From Patescibacteria group bacterium (GTDB lineage: Bacteria; Patescibacteriota; Microgenomatia; UBA1400; PJMF01), in contig JAZQJV010000010.1 of assembly GCA_045541795.1 (NCBI GenBank), positions 8,333 through 72,332 on the forward strand: 64,000 nucleotides of DNA. The letters are read 5' to 3'. Position numbers and translations under genes: made by a program. Below are positions 1 through 8,344 of this stretch, piece after piece. How positions within the stretch are numbered: the stretch's first letter is position 1; the number at the start of each line of letters is the position of its first letter. The notes beneath the pieces are model-generated. The model did no database searches and was not told where the DNA came from. It saw only the letters and a list, made by a program, of their open reading frames with translations.

Positions 1-456
1 TTGTCTCAGATCCGAGAAATGCGCAAAACGCTGCTCAAGCTTATCATCAAAGATTACGAAGGTGAAGTCTGGTGTATCAGCAAACATTTACTGGCCGCCA
101 GCATGCGGGTCATGGAAGTCGGCACCAAAGCTATGGCGACCGACCCGGCACACGCCAAAGAACTTTTTGAGATGTCATACAACCTCTACAATACTTTCTG
201 GGCGCTTAATTTGCACTTGATTGATGAAAACGAAGCCAAATCGACGCTGTCTGATAGTGACAAAAAGGAATTGATGACCGATATTGCCCAGGAAGATCGC
301 ATCAGCCGCGATGACGCCGATAAAATCCCAGCGGTGGCCAGTTCTCCCATTACACATACAGATCCCGCTGTCACCACCAGCGACACCAATAAGCAATCCA
401 CCTGGAAAAAACTCGGCGCCGTCCTTAATAAAATGCTCGACTGCTGCCGAGAATAA
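1..456 (+). CDS. Hypothetical protein, probably 5'-truncated by the window edge; ends in LDCCRE
   Basis: Open frame from position 1 with host-like codon usage; stop lies just before the gpsA promoter. No family recognised. Confidence 0.65.
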   Translation: MSQIREMRKTLLKLIIKDYEGEVWCISKHLLAASMRVMEVGTKAMATDPAHAKELFEMSYNLYNTFWALNLHLIDENEAKSTLSDSDKKELMTDIAQEDRISRDDADKIPAVASSPITHTDPAVTTSDTNKQSTWKKLGAVLNKMLDCCRE

Positions 457-471
457 GTGTTATAATAAACC

Positions 472-1473
472 ATGACAAAACTCACGATTCTTGGTGCTGG
501 CAATTTTGGTTACGCTCTCGCGGCTCACCTAGACCGCAAGCATGATCCCAAACTAGATTTATGGCTTTACGCCCGGCGGCAAGAATTAGTTGATCATATC
601 AATCATACACACACTCATCCCGAGCTTTATCCCACCGTAGAACTCGAACGCATCACCGCGACCACTAGTCTCGAAGCATGCACCGACAGTTGTGACGTCC
701 TCGTGCTTGCCGTCGCTTCCACGGGTCTTGAGCCTGTGCTGGCTTCTTTGCAACCGCTGATCACGCGCCCTCTCGCCATTGTCTCCATTATGAAAGCTCT
801 CGATCCGCAGACAGGAAAAGTTTTGGGTGATACCATTGTTTCCCAGCTGCAAGGCTTGCCCGTGACTCTCGCGGTCCTGGCAGGCGGCACCACGGGTGCT
901 AGTCTCGTGAGCGAACAGTACTTAGGCGCCACTATCGCCTGCGACAATCCTACTGTCTTGGATCAGCTCGCCCACATCTTTCAAAGTCCCTACTTGCGCC
1001 TACAAAAAAGTACTGATGTGATCGGTACACAGTATGCCGGCGCGCTCAAAAATGTCATTTCTGTAGGTGTCGGCCTTACTAAGGGCTTAGGTTTTGCTTA
1101 CGGCACGCAAACTCATGTCTTATCACTGCTGGCCAGCGAATGTGAGCACTATGCTCTCGCTCACGGCGCACAGGAAGCGACCTTCCGCTTCGCCAGTCAA
1201 TGCTGGGGCAATGATATGGTCATGAGCAGCACAGATCCAGACACCCGCAATCATCAGTTTGGGATTTTGCTCGGCGAAGGACTCCAATTCCATGACGCCG
1301 TAACCAAAATGCAAGCTGCAGGCAGGACGGCAGAAGGAGCAAATACTCTTGCTGTTTTAGCCCGCGCTCAGCAAGATTTATCCTCTTATCCGCTTTTTTC
1401 CTTCCTCGTCCAACTAGCTGCCGGTCACGCGCTTGCCGGCGAAATCGTCAATATTATCGAAACTCACCCATGA
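472..1473 (+). CDS. gpsA: NAD(P)H-dependent glycerol-3-phosphate dehydrogenase
   Basis: Rossmann motif ILGAGNFG; GALKNVI with catalytic Lys; TRN motif and AEG near the C-terminus. Confidence 0.85.
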   Translation: MTKLTILGAGNFGYALAAHLDRKHDPKLDLWLYARRQELVDHINHTHTHPELYPTVELERITATTSLEACTDSCDVLVLAVASTGLEPVLASLQPLITRPLAIVSIMKALDPQTGKVLGDTIVSQLQGLPVTLAVLAGGTTGASLVSEQYLGATIACDNPTVLDQLAHIFQSPYLRLQKSTDVIGTQYAGALKNVISVGVGLTKGLGFAYGTQTHVLSLLASECEHYALAHGAQEATFRFASQCWGNDMVMSSTDPDTRNHQFGILLGEGLQFHDAVTKMQAAGRTAEGANTLAVLARAQQDLSSYPLFSFLVQLAAGHALAGEIVNIIETHP

Positions 1474-2303
1474 CACCCTTACTCGCTTTTGCCGGTCTTT
1501 TTGCATCTTACGCCGCAGCGGAGACTTTTTCGCTCACCATCGAAAAAACCATCATCCGTGATCCACAGCTGCCGCCAGCTTTCCACAACTTGCGGATCAT
1601 TTTTATCAGTGATATTCATCACGGGCCTTTTTCCAATCTCCGCCGTCTGCAAAATATGGTCAAAAGAATTAATCGGATACATCCAGATTTAATCCTCTAT
1701 GGCGGTGATTACCTACAGACGCGTCACAGACCGCGCCAACGCCAAATTACCGATTATCTCCAGCTGCTTAGTGTCTTGCAAAAACTCGACCAGCCGGCAC
1801 TGGGCAGTTTTGCGGTTTTGGGCAATCATGACTACGATTTAAGCCGTGAGCTCAATGCCAAACTCCTCGCCCAAGCCAATATCACTCTACTTCACAATCA
1901 AGGCGTCACGCTCCAAAAAGGCGATCACAAAATCCGTCTCGACGGAGTAGGGGACATGTGGTATGGACATCCCGACTTTCACGCGGCTCATGGCCACACA
2001 CCGCTCGATACTTTTACCATTTTGCTCTCACACCAGCCCAACTTCATTGACCGACTCACCAAAACCGACGGCGTCAATCTTGTGCTGGCCGGCCATACTC
2101 ACGGCTCACAAATTACTTTTTTTCGCTATCAGCCTTTTTTACCCCGGCGGATCGCTAAGTGGGAATACAAACTCGGGCTCGTAGACACTGATCAAGCCAA
2201 AATGCTCGTGTCTCCGGGAATTGGCAATGAAATGCCGTATTTCCGCTTTTTTTCCCCGCCCAAAATTCATCTCATTACTCTCAAAACCGAACAAAAACAT
2301 TAA
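1470..2303 (+). CDS. Calcineurin-like metallophosphoesterase (YkuE/YaeI-like)
   Basis: Motifs SDIH, GGDY, LGNHD, LLSH and AGHTHG; ATGA overlap with gpsA. Confidence 0.9.
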   Translation: MTPLLAFAGLFASYAAAETFSLTIEKTIIRDPQLPPAFHNLRIIFISDIHHGPFSNLRRLQNMVKRINRIHPDLILYGGDYLQTRHRPRQRQITDYLQLLSVLQKLDQPALGSFAVLGNHDYDLSRELNAKLLAQANITLLHNQGVTLQKGDHKIRLDGVGDMWYGHPDFHAAHGHTPLDTFTILLSHQPNFIDRLTKTDGVNLVLAGHTHGSQITFFRYQPFLPRRIAKWEYKLGLVDTDQAKMLVSPGIGNEMPYFRFFSPPKIHLITLKTEQKH

Positions 2304-3373
2304 TCTTCCAATTGACGCTGCTCCACTTTCGCCAGTTTGCGATTAATGGTCGTCGATTTGCTCTGTGCTGTCGCAATGATATTACTCGCTTCCTGCAACT
2401 TTTTTTGGGTTTTTTGCAAAATGGTGCCAAACGTAGCAAATTCTGTCTGGATTTCGCCCAAAAGTTGCCACACTTGAGCCGAGCGCCGCTCGATTGTGAG
2501 CGTGCGAAACCCTAGCTGTAAGCTATTGAGGAAGGCTGCGATAGTATTAGGTCCCATTACCGTCACGCGAAAATCTTGTTGCAACTGCTGGCACAAGGCC
2601 TCGTTTTGGCTCACTTCCGCATACAGCCCTTCCAGCGGTAAATACATGATCGCAAAATTTGTCGTCTCTGGAGGTGCTAAATACTTGTCACTAATATCTT
2701 TGGCACATTTTTTCAGCCTCCCGTATAACTGCTTGCGTGCTAATTCTATTTGCAGTTTGTCACCAGTTTCCAGCGCGTTTTGCAAGACGTTAAAACCCTC
2801 CAGCGGGAATTTCGCGTCAATAGGCAATAAAATAAATCTTGATGTATCATCTTTATTTGGCAGTTTGATCACAAATTCTACTCTATTACTACTGCCCCGT
2901 ACAGTCGCCACATTTTCTTCATAATCACTGCGCGCCAAAAACTGCGACAACAAATTGCCCAGTTGCACCTCACCCCACGTACCGCGTACTTTCACGTTGG
3001 CTAGCACTTTTTTCAAATCTCCCACTCCAGCCGCTAAAGTTTGCATTTCGCCCAGACCTTTATAAACCATTTCTAGCCGTTTTGAAACCTCGCTAAAAGA
3101 TTCTTGCAACCGCCGCTCCAATGACGTCTGCAGTTTTTCGTCCACAGTCGCCCGCATTGCCTCCAGTCTCCTTTCGGTCATGGCGGTAAGATTATTCAGT
3201 TGTCTTTCTTGTGCCTGACCAAAAGATTCCAAACTCAGCGTCAATTCACGCCGCTGGAGTGACAGCGATTTTTCCAAATCTGGCTGGCGTGAGCGGCTGA
3301 CAATCGTCACCACCAAATTGGTGATCATCAATAATGTCACCACGATCAAAAGACTAAAAATCGCTATTTCCAT
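2300..3373 (-). CDS. rmuC: DNA recombination protein RmuC
   Basis: N-terminal TM plus coiled coil; RGTWGEVQL, PIDAKFP and AIMYLPLEGLY motifs. Start moved to ATG 3373, 6 nt after TGGTATAAT. Confidence 0.92.
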   Translation of the reverse strand: MEIAIFSLLIVVTLLMITNLVVTIVSRSRQPDLEKSLSLQRRELTLSLESFGQAQERQLNNLTAMTERRLEAMRATVDEKLQTSLERRLQESFSEVSKRLEMVYKGLGEMQTLAAGVGDLKKVLANVKVRGTWGEVQLGNLLSQFLARSDYEENVATVRGSSNRVEFVIKLPNKDDTSRFILLPIDAKFPLEGFNVLQNALETGDKLQIELARKQLYGRLKKCAKDISDKYLAPPETTNFAIMYLPLEGLYAEVSQNEALCQQLQQDFRVTVMGPNTIAAFLNSLQLGFRTLTIERRSAQVWQLLGEIQTEFATFGTILQKTQKKLQEASNIIATAQSKSTTINRKLAKVEQRQLED

Positions 3374-3410
3374 GCTCACATTATACCACAAGGACGTCTA
3401 TTTTACCAGT

Positions 3411-3433
3411 AAAAAATCTCTCCAGGGGAGAGA
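3411..3433 (-). terminator. Intrinsic terminator downstream of the suf operon and of an orphan promoter
   Basis: Minus strand TCTCTCC-CCT-GGAGAGA followed by TTTTTT. Confidence 0.65.
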
Positions 3434-3664
3434 CTTTTTACAAAAAGTATGAAGAAGTTAGTTTAGTCGTGAATCAAAATGAACAATGAAATATCTGTGA
3501 TCGACTTGATACACCGGGTTAAATTTGGTATATCAGCCAATTCCGGTCTGTCAAAACAACACCCGTAAACTGTGCCAGAAAATAATTGACCATCACCACA
3601 CACACGCAAATCTTGCATTTGGCCTTTGCTTATACTTCATTAATGTCTTTCTCTTTCGCCGATC

Positions 3665-3694
3665 ATTCTAGCATAAGCAGCCACTCGCTGTCAA
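3665..3694 (-). promoter_or_regulatory. Sigma70-type promoter with no annotated gene downstream
   Basis: TTGACA (3694-3689), 18-nt spacer, TAGAAT (3670-3665) with an extended TG. Confidence 0.55.
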
Positions 3695-3704
3695 CTGGTA
3701 AAAA

Positions 3705-4121
3705 CTACAACATTGCCGCAGCCGCACTCCATGCCAACTGGACGCACTTCGTCCGCAGTGGCATTGCTGCCGCTTCCCGCAGCGCCACCGCTTCACCTAG
3801 CAAAGTTTCTTCCTCACCGGTCAAAAGCTCGCCCGCGATCAGCTTGACAAAAATATCGTAAAGCTCGCGCGCCTGCTTTCTTGTCTTACCAGTAAAAAGC
3901 CCACAGACAATATCCGCTGCCGCGCGCGAAAGTGCGCAACCTTCGCCCACAAAGCTCATTTGTCCTATCCGCTCGCCATCCCAACGGATCATTAATTCTA
4001 GCCGATCACCACAAGATTGATTAAATCCTAGTTGGCGCTGATCAAACTTTTCCAGCTCACCGTAAAACTGTGGATGAGAAAAATGTTCTGTCAACACTTC
4101 ACCATAAAAACTCGGACTCAT
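3705..4121 (-). CDS. sufU: SufU/NifU-family Fe-S cluster assembly sulfur-transfer protein
   Basis: Motifs NQSCGD, GEGCALS and PLRTKCVQL; position in the suf operon. Confidence 0.9.
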   Translation of the reverse strand: MSPSFYGEVLTEHFSHPQFYGELEKFDQRQLGFNQSCGDRLELMIRWDGERIGQMSFVGEGCALSRAAADIVCGLFTGKTRKQARELYDIFVKLIAGELLTGEEETLLGEAVALREAAAMPLRTKCVQLAWSAAAAML

Positions 4122-5359
4122 ATTCCCATCCTCCCGCGCACACTCGCCAACACGTCTATAAATCTGTCTATTTCTGCCGTCAAATTATACCAGCACAGGC
4201 TTACCCGCACGCTCGCGCTCACGCCAAGTGTCTCATGCAGCGGCGCGGCGCAATGATGCCCGGCGCGCACGGCAATATTCTCACTGGCCAAAATCGTCGC
4301 CACGTCATGAGCGTGTACACCAGCCAAAACAAAACTCACCACGCCCACATGATCATCCGGATCTTGGCTGCCAAGAATCCGCACGCCGGGTACGGCTTGC
4401 AACTTTTTTATCACATATTCGGTCAGCATTTTTTCACGCGCGAGGATATTTGTCCAACCAAGCTCCTCAAGGTAATCAAGCGCCGCCACTAGACCAGCCG
4501 CACCGGCACCATTTACCGTCCCTGCTTCCAGCTTGTGGGGCAATGGTGCCCACGTGACGCTCTCTTGGCTCACTTCACCAATCATCCCTCCACCCACCAA
4601 GGCCGGTGACAATTTTTCAGCCAGCTGCTGTTTTACAAAAAGCACTCCTACTCCCAAAGGACCATAAATTTTATGGCCGCTAAAAGCCAGCACGTCCACG
4701 CCGCAATCAATCACATTAATCTTCTCATGGGCAATTAATTGCGTCCCATCCATCACCACCAACGCGCCCACTTCATGAGCGCGCGCGACTACTGTCGCTA
4801 TGTCTACTTTTTGGCCCAATACATTAGACATTCCCGTGACCGCTACAATTTTAGTTTTGGGACTCATCGCCTTGCAAATATTCTCGCTGGTCAGGCATTC
4901 GTTTTCATCAAGTCCCACAGATACTATCTTGGCGCCCCGCTGCTGGGCGACCCGCCGCCACACCAGCAGATTTGAGTGGTGCTCAGCGATACTCACCACG
5001 ATCTCATCTTCCTTTGTCACCCAGTCACCAAGCATCATCGCTGCCATATTCAGTCCGGCTGTCGCACCACTAGTAAAAATCACTTCCTCCGGATTTGCTC
5101 CCAAAGCCTGTGCCACACGTGCGCGTGACCACTCATACTTAGCGGTTGCACGTGCACCCAAATCATACATCCCTCGTCCCGGATTAGCATTTAAATTTGT
5201 ATACCAGTTTTGCTCCGCCCACAGTACCGCTTGCGGCTTTTGTGTAGTGGCACTGTTATCAAAATATATGAGCCCCGGATGAGCTTTTAAAAGTGGAAAA
5301 TCACCGCGCAAACTCAAAACTTTTTCTGTATTTAAAAATAATTTTTCTTGATTTATCAT
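4118..5359 (-). CDS. sufS: SufS cysteine desulfurase
   Basis: YFDNSATTQKP, EHHSN, FSGHK (PLP lysine), RAGHHCA (class II catalytic Cys). Confidence 0.95.
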   Translation of the reverse strand: MINQEKLFLNTEKVLSLRGDFPLLKAHPGLIYFDNSATTQKPQAVLWAEQNWYTNLNANPGRGMYDLGARATAKYEWSRARVAQALGANPEEVIFTSGATAGLNMAAMMLGDWVTKEDEIVVSIAEHHSNLLVWRRVAQQRGAKIVSVGLDENECLTSENICKAMSPKTKIVAVTGMSNVLGQKVDIATVVARAHEVGALVVMDGTQLIAHEKINVIDCGVDVLAFSGHKIYGPLGVGVLFVKQQLAEKLSPALVGGGMIGEVSQESVTWAPLPHKLEAGTVNGAGAAGLVAALDYLEELGWTNILAREKMLTEYVIKKLQAVPGVRILGSQDPDDHVGVVSFVLAGVHAHDVATILASENIAVRAGHHCAAPLHETLGVSASVRVSLCWYNLTAEIDRFIDVLASVRGRMGI

Positions 5360-5361
5360 AT

Positions 5362-6168
5362 TTATTTTACAATTTGATCAATAATATTATACATTTTATT
5401 TTGTACACTTTTTTTACTCACACTGTCTAAATTATGTCGCAAATTTTCCTTACCGTAATACTGCTTAGCCTCATCATACCGCCAACCACGACTACGCATA
5501 TAAACGACTATCTCCTCAGGAATTTGCCCGATCGCCACACTGTGATCCGCTCTCATATTCTGTTCGTCCGCCTTAATCATTGGCAAAGATTTATTGACCA
5601 CATTTTTACCAGTCACCCACACCGTTTCCTTCTCACTACCTTTACTCTCACTGCAGCCAACGTGCATATCCAAGCTTGCCTGCCAACTTTTATACGCACC
5701 TTCGGCCAACCAGCCCACGGTTTCTAAATGACTCTCAGTGCGCTGACCAGAGTGATTGACTAAAGTCTGCCATGATAACTTACCAGAGCGCACTACATAC
5801 ACTGTTTTAATCGCTACTTTACTGTCAGCGCCAGCCAAATCTATCTGCCGCGCCAGCGACACTTCACCATCGCAGGCTAGCAATTCAGTAACCTCCAAAT
5901 GCGCCTGCTTGGCCAAATCAAGCCGGCTGACAATGTGTATTTTTTGCCCGCGCACGCCTACAGCGATTATATCCACATGCACCAGCGCACCATCTCCAAT
6001 ATCACCAGAAATCTCTAGCACTAATTCCTGCTGTCCCGACAAAAATTCATCTGTATCAAGGCTAAAATTCGCCACCTCACCTGCTTTTGTGGTCAGATCC
6101 AGCCTCTGCACCACGCCGTCCATCCTCTGCTGTTCATCAAATCCCAGCCAACTCCAGACTTCACTCAT
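5362..6168 (-). CDS. sufD: SufD-like Fe-S assembly protein
   Basis: SufBD C-terminal signature (NKSLPMI...ADHSVAIGQI...YMRSRG); lies between sufB and sufS. Confidence 0.75.
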   Translation of the reverse strand: MSEVWSWLGFDEQQRMDGVVQRLDLTTKAGEVANFSLDTDEFLSGQQELVLEISGDIGDGALVHVDIIAVGVRGQKIHIVSRLDLAKQAHLEVTELLACDGEVSLARQIDLAGADSKVAIKTVYVVRSGKLSWQTLVNHSGQRTESHLETVGWLAEGAYKSWQASLDMHVGCSESKGSEKETVWVTGKNVVNKSLPMIKADEQNMRADHSVAIGQIPEEIVVYMRSRGWRYDEAKQYYGKENLRHNLDSVSKKSVQNKMYNIIDQIVK

Positions 6169-7499
6169 CTTTGTCCTTTCTGAGGTTGACGTTTTAATTC
6201 CAAATTAATCAAATTATTCATCTCTAAAGCATATTCCAGCGGTAACTCGCGACTAAAGCCATCCACAAAGCCATTGACTATCAAACGTGTCGCTTCCTGT
6301 TCACCAAGTCCCCTTGAGCGCAAATACTCTAATTGCGCCCGACTGACGCGTCCAGTCGTAGCTTCTTGAAGCAGCTCCATCTCGCCATTATTAATTACTA
6401 TCGCCGGCAAACTGTCGCTGCGCGATTTCTCATCCAAAATCAAGCTATGACAATTTAAAGACGCTAGCGCGCCCCGTGCCTGCTTATCTACCCAAATACT
6501 ACTGCGGAAATTACTCGTCCCACCACCTTTTACAATTGATTTTGCCATCACACTACTAGTGGTGTGAGGTGCTAAGTGGCGGACTTTTGCCCCCGTATCA
6601 AGCCACTGTCCGCTTCCCGCCATCGTCACTCCCTGATAACTAGATTTTGCCGCCCTACCCGCCAAAATACTTTCTGGATACAAGCAAGTCTTACATGAAC
6701 CAAAACTCCCAGAAACCCACTCGATGATGCCTTCATCCGCTACTAGTGCTCTTTTGGTATTGAGATTGTACATATTACGTGACCAATTTTCGATGGTAGT
6801 ATAGCGCAAAGTCGCCCGCTCGCGCACAAAAAGTTCCACGCTGCCCGCATGCAAACTGACCTCGTTATATCGTGGCGCCGAGCAGCCCTCGATAAAGTGC
6901 AAACTCGCACCCTGATCCACAATAATTAAAGTATGCTCAAATTGCCCCGCACCGCGAGCATTAAGTCGAAAGTAGGCCTGCAAAGGTAACGTCACACTCA
7001 CACCCGGAGGCACATAGACAAAAGATCCGCCAGACCAGACAGCCACGTGCAATGCGGCAAATTTATGATCATGTGGTGTGATCAAACTCGCAAAATGCTC
7101 TCTAATCATCGGTTCATAATCGCTATGCAACGCCGACTCCAGATCTGCATAATATACTCCTTGTTCTGCTACCATTTCTTGCAAACGGTGATAAACCATT
7201 TCCGAATCAATTTGTGCCCCCACGCCAGCCAAAAATTTTTCCTCGGCCTGAGGAATACCCAACTGACTAAAAGTCTGTCTAATTTCTGGAGGGACACTTT
7301 CCCAGTCAGCCACAGTCTTTCGTCCCCGGATATAAGTAGTAATCTGCGACAAATCCAGCTCACTTAGATCTGGCCCCCAGCTGGGTAGAGGAGTCGTCTC
7401 ATAAATTTCTAAAGCCTGTAAACGCAATTCTCGCATCCACTGCGGATCTTCTTTCCGGCGTGACAACTCCATCACCACCTCACGCGTCAGACCATTCAT
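6165..7499 (-). CDS. sufB: Fe-S cluster assembly protein SufB
   Basis: AVWSGGSFVYVP, GQFEHTLII, IEGCSAP, TTIENWS and YLRSRGL; start at ATG 7499 after GAGGA. Confidence 0.95.
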   Translation of the reverse strand: MNGLTREVVMELSRRKEDPQWMRELRLQALEIYETTPLPSWGPDLSELDLSQITTYIRGRKTVADWESVPPEIRQTFSQLGIPQAEEKFLAGVGAQIDSEMVYHRLQEMVAEQGVYYADLESALHSDYEPMIREHFASLITPHDHKFAALHVAVWSGGSFVYVPPGVSVTLPLQAYFRLNARGAGQFEHTLIIVDQGASLHFIEGCSAPRYNEVSLHAGSVELFVRERATLRYTTIENWSRNMYNLNTKRALVADEGIIEWVSGSFGSCKTCLYPESILAGRAAKSSYQGVTMAGSGQWLDTGAKVRHLAPHTTSSVMAKSIVKGGGTSNFRSSIWVDKQARGALASLNCHSLILDEKSRSDSLPAIVINNGEMELLQEATTGRVSRAQLEYLRSRGLGEQEATRLIVNGFVDGFSRELPLEYALEMNNLINLELKRQPQKGQR

Positions 7500-8247
7500 G
7501 TTTGTCTTCCTCGAGACTAGCAAAACCATCCCGCCTCACCTGCGCCAAAATCTGCTCGTCATCATATATCTGTAGTCGTCCGCGGCGCAAAACTCCCACC
7601 TGATCAATTGACAAACCTCGGATAATCTCACCGGTGTGAGTAATGATGAGCAAAGCCGCCCCTGATTCACGCTGATAGTTGGTTATCACTTCTCTGGCCA
7701 CTCGCGCTGCATCCGTATCCAGACCAGAATCTATCTCGTCCAAAATCACCATTTTGGGCCGCAGTGCCAACATTTGCAAAAGTTCCAATTTCTTTTTCTC
7801 GCCTCCCGAAAAGCCCACGCCAATTTCTCTAGATAACACGGTCGGCGACAGTTGTAATTGTTCACAAAATTTGTTCAACTTAGTCTGCCAAGCAAAAATT
7901 GTCTGCTGCTGCCCGGTCACTTTTTCGCTCGCTTCACGCAAAAAATTACTCACACTCACGCCGGGTATCGCTACCGGTTCTTGCCAGGTAAGAAAAATTC
8001 CTGCTCGTGCCCTTTCGTCCAAGCTTTTTTCATTAATCGGTTGTCCTTCCCAGCATATTTCACCATTGACTAGAGAGTATTGAGGTAAACCGGCGATTAC
8101 TCCCGCAAGCGTAGATTTGCCCGCACCATTAGGCCCTAAAAGCACTTTTGTCTCGCCAGCATACCACTGCCAGTCTACTTCATGTAAAATCTCTTTACCC
8201 TCGGCCGTGACCGTTATTTTTTTTAATGTCAATAATGTCTTATCCAT
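7480..8247 (-). CDS. sufC: Fe-S cluster assembly ATPase SufC
   Basis: Walker A GPNGAGKST, FSGGEKKK, ILDEIDSGLD. Start reset to MDKTLL (8247) to avoid overlap with lon. Confidence 0.93.
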   Translation of the reverse strand: MDKTLLTLKKITVTAEGKEILHEVDWQWYAGETKVLLGPNGAGKSTLAGVIAGLPQYSLVNGEICWEGQPINEKSLDERARAGIFLTWQEPVAIPGVSVSNFLREASEKVTGQQQTIFAWQTKLNKFCEQLQLSPTVLSREIGVGFSGGEKKKLELLQMLALRPKMVILDEIDSGLDTDAARVAREVITNYQRESGAALLIITHTGEIIRGLSIDQVGVLRRGRLQIYDDEQILAQVRRDGFASLEEDKHEWSDA

Positions 8248-8292
8248 GATTATTACTCCCGAGCTTATTATATCACACATGGCAAGAGGTAT

Positions 8293-8336
8293 TTTTAGCA
8301 ATTGCCACTTGACACTGCTAAAATCTGTGGTATAAT
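8293..8336 (+). promoter_or_regulatory. lon promoter with CIRCE-like operator
   Basis: TTAGCA-N15-TGCTAA (8295-8321) overlaps TTGACA (8309-8314); TGGTATAAT with -10 at 8331-8336. Confidence 0.7.
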
Positions 8337-8344
8337 GCGCCATT

